Below are positions 26,809 to 39,534 of a stretch of 64,000 nt of DNA, piece by piece. Position 1 is the first letter of the stretch. Every line of letters begins with the position of its first letter. A program made the position numbers and the translations under genes. The DNA is from Octopus vulgaris (lineage: Eukaryota). The notes beneath the pieces are model-generated. The model made no database searches and was not told the origin of the DNA. It saw only the letters and a list, made by a program, of their open reading frames with translations. The stretch spans positions 138,260,001 through 138,324,000 of the forward strand of contig OX597816.1 in the NCBI GenBank assembly GCA_951406725.2. The letters run 5' to 3'.

Positions 26809-27017
26809 CTTCTAGGAGAATATATGTAGACGGGCATACATAAATCTTTGAGGTTAATCCAAGCATATACAGGATTATGTTCACAAAATACAGGGAATTA
26901 AGTTATAGTGCCATGTGCCAAAGTTATGTGCTATCTTTATCGAATACAATACATACATACATACATACATACATGCATACATACATGCATACATACATAC
27001 ATACATACATACATACA

Positions 27018-27049
<32 letters not shown>

Positions 27050-27607
27050 CTGATATATATATATATATATATATATAAGTGGGAGTGTATATGAATTTTA
27101 TGCTATGCAGTCAGAGTGAGAGGCAGTCAGTGAATTCAGTTCCAGCTGATTCATTATTTATAACATTTGAAATTGTTATTTATATTGGAGATTCTAGCCA
27201 ATCTGTGTAATACACGATAGTATACGAGATAAACTAGGGGTAGGCTGAGGCTGTGAACGAGTTTCGATTCTTGAATGCTGTGATACTCTGGTTCTATTCA
27301 CACGCTCTCCCATTGCTTTTGAAAGCGACAGGAATGTCCTATATCCGTTTTCTTTTGTCTTATATATCTGCAGTCTAATGAATGTTATTTTTCGCAGAAT
27401 TTAGTACTAACAACTTCTATTATTACTTGTTCTGAGTTCAAAACAACCGAACAAAATACTTTGGGATGTTTAATGACGTTCCTTTAATCCCTTGGTGAAC
27501 ATTCCAGTAGAGTCAATGACAGAAGTACCAGTAATAAATTCTGGAATAGGAACCAACTGTTCCACAGTTCGCTACTTTTTAAAAGGAAAAAAAAAATGAA
27601 ATTGAAA

Positions 27608-27751
27608 CGCAGGCGTGGCTGTGTAGTAAGAAGCTTGCTTTCGAGTTCACTCCCACTGCATGGCACTTTGGGTAAGTGTCTTCTCCTATAGCTTCAGGCC
27701 GACGAAAGCCTTCCCTGTGCATTTGGTAGACGCAAATTGAAAGAAGCCCGT

Positions 27752-27755
<4 letters not shown>
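27608..27755 (+). mobile_element. 5' half of SINE family B
   Basis: CGCAGGCGTGGCTGTGTAGTAAGAAGC...TTTGGTAGACGCAAATTGAAAGAAGCCCG then (TA)n. Confidence 0.8.
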
Positions 27756-27792
<37 letters not shown>

Positions 27793-27902
27793 GTTATATA
27801 TATGTGCGTATATATGTATGTGTGTGTTTGTGACTGTGTGAGTGCGTGTATATGTATGTATGTATGTACGTATGTACGTATATACACATTACTCGATAGA
27901 CA

Positions 27903-27963
27903 AGATAAAACTCAGTTTCAGATGCCGAAGTGGAAATCCACAACACCATCTCTTCGGTTATCT
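27903..27963 (-). ncRNA. Type I hammerhead-like motif with a CCGAAGA core variant
   Basis: Minus strand AGATAA-CCGAAGA-GATG...CATC-T-GAAAC-TGA-GTT-TTATCT; perfect 6-bp stem I and GATG/CATC stem II. Confidence 0.5.
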
Positions 27964-28110
27964 GGCTATTTTCTATATATATATATACACTGACTGCCTC
28001 TCACTCTGTCTGCATAGCATAAAATTCATATACACTCCCACTTATATATATATATATATATATATCAGTATATGCATGCATGTATGTATATATGTATGTA
28101 TGTATGTATG

Positions 28111-28144
<34 letters not shown>

Positions 28145-28267
28145 TGTATGTATGTATGTATGTATGTATGTATGTATTGTATTCGATAAAGATAGCACAT
28201 AACTTTGGCACATGGCACTATAACTTAATTCCCTGTATTTCTGGCTATATATATATATATATATATA

Positions 28268-28655
28268 GGCGCAGGAGTGGCTGTGTGGTAAGTAGCTTGT
28301 TTACCAACCACATGGTTCCGGGTTCAGTCCCACTGCATGGCACCTTGGGCAAGTGTCTTCTACTATAGCCTCGGGCCGACCAAATCAGTGGATTTGGTAG
28401 ACGGAAATTGAAAGAAGCCCGTCGTATATATGTATATATATGCGTGTGTGTGTTTGTGTGTCTGTGTTTTTCCCCCTAGCATTGCTTGACAACCGATGCT
28501 GGTGTGTTTATGTCCCCGTTACTTAGCGGTTCGGCAAAAGAGACCGATAGAATAAGTACTGGGCTTACAAAAGAATAAGTCCCGGCTCGAGTTGCTCGAT
28601 TAAAGGTGGTGCTCCAGCATGGCCGCAGTCAAATGACTGAAACAAGTAAAAGAGA
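28268..28655 (+). mobile_element. Near full-length SINE family B (tRNA-like head, internal TA/TG microsatellite)
   Basis: A-box-like TGGCTGTGTGG, B-box-like GGTTCAGTCCC, GCACCTTGGGCAAGTG, tail TGACTGAAACAAGTAAAAGAG; a further 3' half at ~28745-28910. Confidence 0.9.
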
Positions 28656-28659
28656 AAAA

Positions 28660-28708
<49 letters not shown>

Positions 28709-28714
28709 TATAAT

Positions 28715-28747
<33 letters not shown>

Positions 28748-29499
28748 CTTTGTGTCTGAGTTTGTCCCCCCACCACCATCATTTGACAACCGATACTGGT
28801 GTGTTTACGTCCCCATAACTTAGCGATTCGGTAAAAGAGATAGATAGAATAAGTACAAGGCTTACAAAGATTAAGTCCTGGGGTCGATTTCTGAAACAAG
28901 TAAAAGTATAAAGGAATATCCCAATGTAACAAATAATTACTTATAACGTTTTAATAAACAGCAAACAGTTACAAGTTAGAATCTCGGCTATTTGAACGTT
29001 CGATCTGCTTTCAGAACTCGTTTGCGTCACAAACGTAAACTTCACTTCATCAATGCTAGCACTGATCTAAATAAATAGTGCTTTGACTCTTGAAATTATG
29101 GGTTTGCATTGTAAAGCACAAGCCTGAAAAATGACATTTGAAGGAAACCCAGCAGTAAGTTATCCGTACTTGTAAGTTTTCTCTTTTCACAAGTTACCGC
29201 TGTTGTGCAGGACGAAAGTAAACAAATCCTGATAACAATGTTATCGCAAGTGTTGTCAAATAGCAAAGAGCTAGAACAGGCTAGGAATCCCGTCCGATTC
29301 TATGATTGATAATTCAACCAGTCTTCTGCCCAGGACTTGTACTTTATTTATTGACTCAGACAGAATGAAAGGTAAAGATTATTTCGGTGATATTCTTAAT
29401 CAAAGGGGAAAGACCGGAACAAACTCCAAAGTACTTTCCATCCGAAATACAAACCACAGCCGATTCGCTGTCTTATATGGTCCTAGTAATATACTAAAT

Positions 29500-29722
29500 A
29501 TCCTTTCTACTATAGGCACAAGGCCTGAATTTTTTTTTTTTTAGGGAGGGGACTAGTCAGTTACATCGACTCCAGTGCTCAGCTTGTACTTATCTCATCG
29601 ATCCCGGAAGGATAAAAAGCAAAGTCAACCTCGGCGGAGTTTGAGCTCAGATCATAAAAACAGATGAAATGGCGCTAAGCATTTTGTCTGGGGTGCTAAC
29701 GATTTCGCCAGCTCGCTGCCCT
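29500..29722 (-). mobile_element. SINE family A copy (tail type GGCCTTGTGCCTATAGTAGAAAGG)
   Basis: CCTTTCTACTATAGGCACAAGGCC...AAAGTCAACCTCGGCGGAGTTTGAGCTC...CCAGCTCGCTGCC. Confidence 0.8.
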
Positions 29723-29977
29723 GATAATATACTAAAGTATCAAAAAGGATTGGTAATAAGAGCACAAGATATCTATTTAAAGGAATGAGAGAAATAGTAT
29801 TATGTTCACGTTTGTATTACTTATAACATCTGTTGTTGACATTTACATTTCTCTGTAATAGTCATGAAACGGGTGAAAATATAGGGCCAGCTTGTTCACT
29901 CATCAACCAGTCCAAAAACACAAGAGAATCTGATCTCATTGTTTTTATTTGTGTCGATAGTCTAATCTTTGTTGTTG

Positions 29978-30009
<32 letters not shown>

Positions 30010-30111
30010 GGTGGTGGTGGTTTGTCTCAAATCAGCTTTGATAGACTATCGCTATTATTAAAGCTATTTCAACTAAGACCACCCGTTCATTTGGCTCTCA
30101 AGTACTGTATA

Positions 30112-30443
30112 TCTCTCTCTATATAAACGGCAAAATGTCTGTGTGTGTGTCCTTTATACAAATCCACAATTTTTCAGTTAGAGGGTTCGCACTTTCTATG
30201 GTCATTCAAAACCGTCCAAGAATGGCTGCAAAGCCATTAAAAATCAATAGAAGTGACATTTTTGTGAACTTTCTATCCAAAACCCAATCAAAATGTCCGA
30301 AACTTGATACGCCAATTGAATGCCAGCAAGCTGCATGTGATTGGCCGGAGATTTGGACAGTACTCGCGTGTATGTGCGCACGCACGCAGCTGTATATGCA
30401 TGCAGTAGCACTATGACCTGGCGTTGCCGGGTCATAGTGCTAG
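30112..30443 (+). mobile_element. Non-autonomous Helitron (332 bp)
   Basis: 5' TC(TC)TATATAAA after A (30111); 3' GC-rich hairpin CCTGGC-GTT-GCCGGG, then CTAG (30440-30443) before T; no TSD. Confidence 0.8.
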
Positions 30444-30668
30444 TCTAGACTATATTATAAACTACATTATACATTCTTGTAAAAGATGGTGATATATGAT
30501 GTGAGAGATATTTGGTTATCTTTTGTATACTATATCGATAATGTAGATGTACATAATAGAAAGTAACAAGAAAGCTTTATGGAAACTAATTCACAAAACT
30601 CACCCTATTGTTTTCTAACCAACTGTTGTTGCCGAGTTATCTTTCCGTAATATTACTGTTAATATTAT

Positions 30669-31680
30669 AGGCAGCAAGCTGGCAGAATCGTTAGCACGCC
30701 TGGCGAAATGCTTAGCGGAATTTCGACTGCCGTTACGTTCTGACTTCAAATTCCTCCAAGGCTGACTTTGCCTATCATCCTTTCGGGGTCGATTAAATAA
30801 GTACCAGTTACGCACTGGGGTCTATATAATCGACTTAATCCGTTTGTCTGTCTTTGTTTGTCTTCTTTGTGTTTAGCCTCTTGTGGGTAGTAAAGAAATA
30901 GGTATTTCGTCTGCCGTTACGTTCTGAGTTCAAATTCCGCCGAGGTCGATTTTGCCCATCATCCTTTCGGATTCGAGGAAATGAGTACCAATTGAGCACT
31001 GGGGTCGATGTAATCGACTTAATCGCTCCCTCTGAACTCGCTGGCCTTGTGCTAAAACTTGAAACCAATATTAATGTTAGTATTATATATTTATAAAAAG
31101 GAAGAGAGACATGTATTATTTCAATCGTGTTGTGACGACTCTGCCCTTACAACCCAATTAAAATTGATAACATTGAGTCGGTTAATAGTATTGAAACTAT
31201 GAGTCTTATCCTTATCATTGTAACTGTAGTTGCTGTTGATATTATTGTTGTTGCGAAGGCAGGGAGCTGGCAGAATCGTTAGCACGCTGGTGTTCGTCTG
31301 CCGCTTGGTTCCGAGTTCAAATTCCGCCGAATTCGACTTTGCTTTTCATCCTTTCGGGGTCGATAAATTAACTACTAGTTGCATACTGGGGTCGATCTAA
31401 TCGACTGGTCTCCTCCCCCAAAATTTCAGGCCTTGTGTCTATAGTAGAAAAGATTATTGTTACTTTCTCTTCGTTAGTTAACATCAGTAGCACGCCGGGC
31501 GAAATGCTTAGCAGTATTTCGTCTGCTGCTAAGTTCTGAGTTCGAATTCCGCCGAGGTCGACTTTGCATTTCATCCTTTCGAGTCGATAAATTAAGTACT
31601 AATTGCGTAGTAGGATCGAAATAATCTACTGACCCCTCCCCAAAAATGTCGGTCCTTGTGCCTAGAGCAGAAAAGAATAA
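30669..31680 (+). mobile_element. SINE family A copies (30669-31070 composite; 31257-31455; 31488-31680)
   Basis: Head, core and tail motifs as in the 3390-4690 cluster. Confidence 0.85.
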
Positions 31681-34266
31681 TAGATAAAAGGTTAAGGCAC
31701 GTGTCACACTTTTGTTGATTGATTGGTTGGTTCTATAACGCTGCAAAATATGCATGACAGACGGGAGTTAAACTTCAGAAATATAAAGTAAGTGCAGTGA
31801 GGGAGAGAGGGAAAGAAAGAGAGAAGTAGAGAGAGCGGGAGGAATAAAAATGGAAAAGAAATTTAAAAGGTATGTTTGAAGGGTGAGTCAAATATTAGGG
31901 AGATGTCTGTTGCAAATGGAGAGAGGGAATGTTGCCAAAAAAAAATGTGTAGTGATGTAAAACGTTGAAGAGGAGAAATAAATAAATAAATGAATAAATA
32001 AATAAATAGAGAAAGAAAGATAGAAAAGCGATCGAATGAGTATTTGACGTAAAAGGTAAGAAACGAGCTTGAGAGAAACAGAGAAGTGAAGAGGGTGGGG
32101 ATAGAGTAGCGTCTGTCTTTGGCGGGGAGAAGGAGGTAAGGTGTGATGGGGAGCGGTAACGGGAGAGAAAGTAAAATACAAAAGGAGGAGTAAACCAGAG
32201 AGTGAGTAAAATAGAGAGAGTAAAAGTTATCCATGCTTTCGTCGTCGTCTCATGAGAGAACTGTACGTAAAGGTAGTATTTTTGGTAGATACAAATAAAC
32301 ACCCTCATACACCCATTTACAAAACTCACACGCGCATAAATATACATCTATCCTTATATACCTATGTTTTCTTTTATTGATTCTTATCACTGGGCCGCAA
32401 TCATGCTGGGCAGCATCATCAATGGCGTTTAGTCTATTACATCTTCTACGGCACTTAGTTTAATTATAATTTTTTATGAGCAAAATCTATGGGGCGCAGG
32501 AAAAATGTTTTGCGGTTTTCAATTATGGCCCTTTACAATCAAAATCATTCTCGCTGCACTCATTTTGTTGTGTCTTATTTTTTAAAGAGAACATTTTGTC
32601 CATTATGCACTTTACATTTCAGACATTGAAAAATATTTAGCTGTTATTTCCAGCAAGTCAAGCGACAGCGTAGGACATTCCTTCGTTGCAATCTAGTCAA
32701 TGTCTCAGTTTTACAAGAGAGAGAAAAATGCTATGTTGTGATGTTAATGGCTTTTTCAAAGATATTAGCGATGAAGTGAAATGGAATGTGTTTCAACCAT
32801 GAATCGAAACCGGGTATTAGAGGAAGACAGGAAGCTTACCTCCTCATCATACAGTGCTGCTGCTATTGAGAACCAAATGAGTTGCTCTCTTCTATCATGA
32901 GTCATGGCTGCTAAATCAAAGAAAAGCTATATACGTCAAAAAGAAAAAGACTTTCGTAGATTTCAATAAATCCATATGAAGATATTAATTACTAAAAGCC
33001 ATGATAAATTTTCTGACAACAAGAAATCAATTTTAGGGCATATGGTGTTTTTCCTGTCTTTATTTCGTGTCAAAGTTGTCGGAAAGAAAGCGAAAACAAG
33101 GCGAGAGGTCAAAGAAATGAAGTGCAAGATTCTATCGGACATATTGTGTCTGGCAGCAATGAAGCTTAAGAGCAGCTAAAATCAAACAAACATACAAACA
33201 AGCGAACAAACAAAACAAAAGGTCAGTTTTTAAAGAATTACCGGAAAGCTGTTACAGTTTACTGCTAAAATGTCCGATTATTAAGACGAAGGGATTAGAA
33301 AAGCATGTCCAAAGTGTAACAGACATCAGAGAATGTAGATTAGATGTATGATAAGTGAAGTGAACAGCTATACAGTAAAGATTATCTCTTTTATAATCCC
33401 TACATATTAACAGTACTATATCTGTACACATGCTTTCACTGAGATATATCAGCTTATATACAATACATAAATACATGCGTACACACATTCGTATGCATAG
33501 AGATATACGAACACATAAGCATGCATACACGCAAACATACATGCATGTTTGTATAGATATACGAGTACTAATAGATATGCGTGTGTATATATGTATACAT
33601 ACACATAACACACATATATATGATATACATACAGGCACACACATATACACGCATAAGCAACACACACACACTCAGACAAACACAAACACATACACACACA
33701 CAGATATGTATATATATATGTTTGTATATGCACAATCATTGTTAGCCGCGTACATATGCATGTATATCGGTGCGTAAAATTGGAGTGCATCTTTTATGTG
33801 CTTATATACATATATGCATTTGATTAGACATTTATGTATATATATACATACATACGTACGCACACTCGCACAGGCACACACATATACACAAACACACTCA
33901 CACAAGCATTTTGAATTATAAGTCTAAGTTACCCTTCACAGAAAATTCTGAGAAATTAGGAAAAGCTTAGTGACAATGTATGAACAAAACTCTTCACCAG
34001 CCCCTTGAAACATGATAGTTAACTGCGCGCGACAATTGGTTGTTGAGAGAACCTTAAGAATATGCGACACATTCTTTATACCCAATTGTCTTGTGCAGAA
34101 TATGCGATTATTTATGAAATCCAGTGTTGACAGAGTATGTACCAAACTTGTAAAAAGAGAACTATGTACTGGTTTTATTTCTTCAAGGCGGTGCCCAGCA
34201 TGACCGGAGTCGAATGCCGGAAACAAGTAAAAGATAAAAGAGAAAACTATTGGTTTATGTAGACAC

Positions 34267-35045
34267 AGACGTGGCTGTGAGGTAAAAAAGGCGGCGAGCT
34301 GGCAGAAACGTTAGCACGCCGGGCGAAATACTGAGCGGTATTTCGTCTGCCGTTACGTTCTGAGTTAAAATTCCACCGAGGTCGACTTTGCCTTTCATCC
34401 TTTCGGGGTCGATTAAATAAGCAAAATATAATCGACTTAATCCGTTTGTCTGTCCTTGTCTGCCTCCTCTGTGTTTAGCCCCTTGTGGGTAGTAAAGAAA
34501 TAGGTATATCGTCTGTCTTTACGTTGTGAGTTCAAATTCCGCCCAGGTCGACTTTGCCTTTCATCCTTTCGGGGTCGATTAAATAAGTACCAGTTACGCA
34601 CTAGGGTCGATATAATCGACTTAATCCGTTTGTCTGTCCTTGTTTGTCCCCTCTGTGTTTAGCTCCTTGTGATCAATAAAGAAATAAGAAACTAGCTTCC
34701 CAACCACATAGCTCCGGTTTCAGTCCCACTGCGTGGCACCTTGATTGGATTTAGTAAACGGAAACTAAAAGAAGCCCATCGTATATACACATATGTGTGT
34801 GTGTGTTTGTGTGTGTGTGTGCGCACGTGTGCGGGTGTTTGTGTGTGTGTCTTTGTGTCTGTGTATGTCCCCTACCACCGCTTGACAACCGGTGTTTGCG
34901 TGCTTACGTCCCCGTAACATAGCGGTTCGGCAATAGAGACCGATAGAATAAGTACTAGGATTAAAAAAAAATAGAGTCCTGGGGTCGATTTGTTCAACTA
35001 AAACCCTTCAAGGTGGTGCCCCAGCATGGCTGCAGTCAAATGACT
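34267..35045 (+). mobile_element. SINE B interrupted in its head by a dimeric SINE A (34287-34686)
   Basis: GTGGCTGTGAGGTA|AAGGCGGCGAGCTGG...AAAGAAATA|AGAAACTAGCTTCCCAACCAC. Confidence 0.85.
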
Positions 35046-35233
35046 AAGAAGCAAGCCAAATGGTTCCAGCTGAGAATTACTTTAAGGTTACGCATATCTG
35101 TAGGATGCTCAACCTCTTCCGTACTAATTTAAAGTGCTTGATAGTTCGGCCGATCGAACCGAACAATGGGTACGTAGTCATCGTTGACACCGACTGAAAT
35201 CTAAATTTTTTGTCACCACAAAACACCCGCACA

Positions 35234-35298
<65 letters not shown>

Positions 35299-35509
35299 GT
35301 GTATATACGATGGGCTTCTTTTAGTTTCCGTCTACTAAATCCAACCACAAGGCTTTCGTCGGCTCGAGGCTATAGTAGAAAACACTTGTGCAAGGTGCCA
35401 CGCAGTGGGACTGAAGCCGGAGCTATGTGGTTGGAAAGCTAGTTTCTTATTTCTTTATAGACCACAAGGAGCTAAACATAGAGGGGACAAACAATTTTTT
35501 TATACAACC

Positions 35510-35676
35510 TATTTCTTTACTACCCACAAGGGTCTAAACACAGCAAGGACAGACAAACAGATTATGTCGATTACATCGACCCCAGTGCGTAACTGGTACT
35601 TAATTTATCGACCCCGAAAGGATGAAAGGCAAAGTCGACCTCGGCAGAATTTGAACTCACAACGTAACGGCAGCCG
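35510..35676 (-). mobile_element. 5'-truncated SINE A with a 16-bp TSD
   Basis: ATTTTTTTATACAACC at 35494-35509 and 35677-35692. Confidence 0.85.
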
Positions 35677-36634
35677 ATTTTTTTATACAACCACCACCAT
35701 CAGCACCACTACCAAGTCCAGCACCAGCATCATCATCACCACCACCACAACAACCACCATCACCATCACCACCACCATCACCACCAACAACAGCAACATC
35801 ATCACCACCACCACCACTACCGCCACGATTACCACCACCACCACCACAACCACCACTAACACCACCACTACCACCACGATTACCCACCCCACCCCACCAC
35901 CATCCAGTGCTATAATCGTACAGCAAATATTATCATACTACCACTACCACCGCAATCCTTAACACAACTATCAGCAACATCACCCCTATTACTAGAGCCA
36001 TGCTGGACCCCCCCCCCACGTTGCCATGAATATACGGACATCACTAAGATACATCCATTATTAACATTGTGTAACAAACGTCACAACCGTAGTACCAAGA
36101 ACCACTGCTGCTAACCATCTTATCATTAACGGCATACCACCACCGCCGTCGCCACTACCACCACAACTGCAACCATCACCACCATTACCACCACCATTAC
36201 CACCACCACCACCACCACCACCACCACCACCACCACCACTACAACCACTATCACAACTGCCGCCGCCAATCAGTACCACAGCCATCACTACCGCCGCCAC
36301 ATCCGCCGCCACATCCGCCGCCACCACTATCACCACCACTACCACACCACCGCTTCCACCATCACCACCACTGCCACCACTCTACCACCACCAGCATCAG
36401 CAATAACAACAACACCGCCATCACAACCACTCCCAGCACTACTACTACCTCTACCACTACAACCACTACCACCGTCACTGCCGCTGCCATTACCGCCGAC
36501 AACCACCATCACCGACAACCACTACCACCGCCGCCACCTCTGGCGCTGCCACCGCCATCAACTCACCATCACTATAGCTCTGCCATTTCCTCCACCTAGT
36601 GCAACTGTCCTTTTCTGATTGCAAATATTCGTTT

Positions 36635-37455
36635 AATCTTCTACTTGTTTCAGACATTCGACTGCGGCCATGCTGGAGCACAGCTTTGAAGGATTTTAGT
36701 CGAAGTAATCGACCCTAGAACTTATTCTTTGTAAGCCTAATACTTATTCTATCGCTCCCTTTTGCCAAACTGCTAACTTAAGAGGACGTAAACACACCGA
36801 CATCGGTTGTCAAACGATGGTGGAAAGACAAATACACGCACAAAGATTCATACACATGAATATGCATATATAAACACATATACGACGAGCTTATTTCAGT
36901 TTTCGTCGACCAAATCCACTCACAAGGCTTTGGTCGGCACGAGGCTATAGTAGAAGACACTTGTCCCAGGTGCCAGGCAGTGGGACTGAACCTTGAACCG
37001 TGTGGTTGATTACAAGCTTTTTATTTCTTTCTTGCCCACAAGGAGCTAAACATAGAAGGGACAAACAAAAACAAACAAACGGATTAAGTCGATTATATCG
37101 ATCTCAGTGAGTAACTGGTACTTATTGAATCGAACCCGAAAGGATGAAAGGCAAAGTCGACCACGGCGGAATTTGAACTCAGAATGTAGCAGCAGACGAA
37201 ATACCTATTTCTTTACTACCCACAAGGGGCTAAACACAGAGAGGACAAACAAGGACAGACAGACGGATTAAGTCGATTATATTCGACATCGGCGGAATTT
37301 GAACTCAAACGTAGCGGCAGACGAAATACTGCTAACGATTCAGCCAGCTAGCCGCCTTTTAATTACAAGCTTCTTAACATACGACGGTCTTCTTTCAGTT
37401 TCCGCATACTAAATCCACTCAGAAGGCTCTTTTTACCACTTAGCCACGCCTTCGC
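36635..37455 (-). mobile_element. SINE B interrupted by SINE A (37020-37360) with an 11-bp TSD
   Basis: ATTACAAGCTT at 37009-37019 and 37362-37372. Confidence 0.8.
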
Positions 37456-38419
37456 CTACATATCTAGAAATACTGAAATAATTTGCTTCAATAACTAGAA
37501 ATATTGAAAAAGATTTTTACATCGTGATGACAATATTTTCTCTTCTCGGCGATACAGCAACGTCGAGGTTGTTGGTTTGGTTAATAAAGGAAAAATTATC
37601 AAATACAGCTTTACTTGAACTCTACTCTATCAGCTCTCTCTCCCTCACTCTCGCTCCCACTTCCTTTTCTCCGTCAGTATTTCTCTCTGTAGGTAAATAA
37701 CTTGCAGCACACACACACGCACAAACATCTACGACAGTTGACGCCATTTCGAACATTTACTCGGCATGTGGTACTGTCGACCGACTCACACTAGCACAAT
37801 AGCAGACAGCGGGTAACTTATTCAGCGTACGATTAGTCGCCTCTTAAATCCAACCGATTCACAAAGACGACCAATTTACACTATGTTAAGCCGGATTGTT
37901 CATCTACAGCTGTAGTGTATAGACCACTAGCGACTCCTTGTGGCGGCGGTTTACACAAGCAAAGCACGTAAAGCGGAGGACAAAAACAAAACTGATACAG
38001 CCATTTAAAAATATACAGTACCCACATACACATGGATTCCCTTCGTTTATAGAAATATAGACACATACGCGTGTTTAAATACACGCAGACATATAGGAGC
38101 TAAGCTATGTCTACGCACACACATTATATTATATTCATCTGTTCACCTTCACAGCCACATGCCCACACACGAGTGTAGACACACTCATACATATGTATAA
38201 ATGCACGCATTCATAAATATGGACAGACAAAATGTCAACCAAGAACACAGCACACACATACATATATTTCATACAAGCACGTTAGGTTCCCAGACATATA
38301 TACACTCAAAATATCAGCCGAAAATACAGCATGTGTATTCAATGTACACGCAAATATTCATACACATGCGTCAGGTTCCCAGACGTATACACATAACTGA
38401 ATATAACTGAATATATATA

Positions 38420-38989
38420 CAGGCGCAGGCGGTAAGAAGCTGGGTTCCCTACCACATGGTAGCAGATTCAGCCCCACTGCGTGACACCTTGGGCGAGTGT
38501 CTTCGGCTATATCCTCGGGTCGACCAAAGCCTTGCCAGTAGATTTGGTAGGCGGAAACTGAAGGAAGCCCGTCGCATATATATATATATATTTTTTTTTT
38601 TTAAATTTTTTTTTTTACTTGTTTCAGTCATTTGACTGCGGCCATGCTGGAGCACCGCCTTTAGTCGAGCAAATCGACCCCGGGACTTATTCTTTGTAAG
38701 CCCAGTACTTATTCTATCGGTCTCTATTGCCGAACCGCTAAGTGACGGGGACGTAAACACACCAGCATCGGTTGTCAAGCAATGCTAGGGGGACAAACAC
38801 ATACATATATATGTATATATATACATATATACGACAGGCTTCTTTCAGTTTCTGTCTACCAAATCCACTCACAAGGCATTGGTCGGCCCGGGGCTATAGC
38901 AGAAGACACTTGCCCAAGATGCCACGCAGTGGGACTGAACCCAGAACCATGTGGTTGGTTAGCAAGCTACTTACCACACAGCCACTCCC

Positions 38990-38990
<1 letters not shown>
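38420..38990. mobile_element. SINE B 5' half (+, 38420-38578) and full SINE B (-, 38615-38990)
   Basis: Family B head and tail motifs in opposite orientations. Confidence 0.85.
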
Positions 38991-39008
<18 letters not shown>

Positions 39009-39020
<12 letters not shown>

Positions 39021-39534
39021 AATGTAAAAAAATACAAACTGGGACAAGAACGTAAAACATTTAGAAGACGATACAAAAAACACGGACGGGACACTGGCTT
39101 AGATTTTCCTTTGGGGCTGGCCAGATCGGAGCAATCTCAAGATTAATCAGCCGAAATTGCGAGGATGAACCGGTTCTTGACTGAAAAAAGGTGGCGAGCT
39201 GGCAGAAACGTTAGCACGCCGGGTGAAATGCTTAGCGGTATTTCGTCTGCCACTACGTTCTGAGTTCAAATTTCGCCGAGGTTGACTTTGCCTTTCATCC
39301 TTTCGGGGTCGATAAATTAAGTACCAGTTACGTACTGGGGTCGATGTAATCGACTTAATACCTATGTCTGTCCTTGTTTGTCCCCTCTATGTTTAGCCCC
39401 TTGTGAGTAATAAAGAAATAGGTTCTTGACTGAAGATTGAAGGCTTCGAGTGTCCCGTCCGTGTTTTTGTATCGTCTTCTAAATGTTTTACGTTCTTGTC
39501 CCAGTTTGTATTTTTTTACATTTACATATATATA
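39009..39534 (+). mobile_element. Permuted-hammerhead element with an inverted terminal duplication (39009-39095 / 39449-39534), in (TA)n
   Basis: ATGTAAATGTAAAAAAATACAAACTGGGACAAGAACG...GGACGGGACACT is mirrored on the right; motif at 39121-39185 plus 39421-39446. Confidence 0.8.
39186..39420 (+). mobile_element. Full-length SINE A with a 14-bp TSD
   Basis: GGTTCTTGACTGAA at 39172-39185 and 39421-39434. Confidence 0.92.

Larger units (their letters stand above)
26886..28240. repeat. Local inverted duplication 26886-27131 / 27988-28240
   Basis: AAATACAGGGAATTAAGTTATAGTGCCATGTGCCAAAG...GAGAGGCAGTCAGTG recurs as its reverse complement, including the internal microsatellites. Confidence 0.9.
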
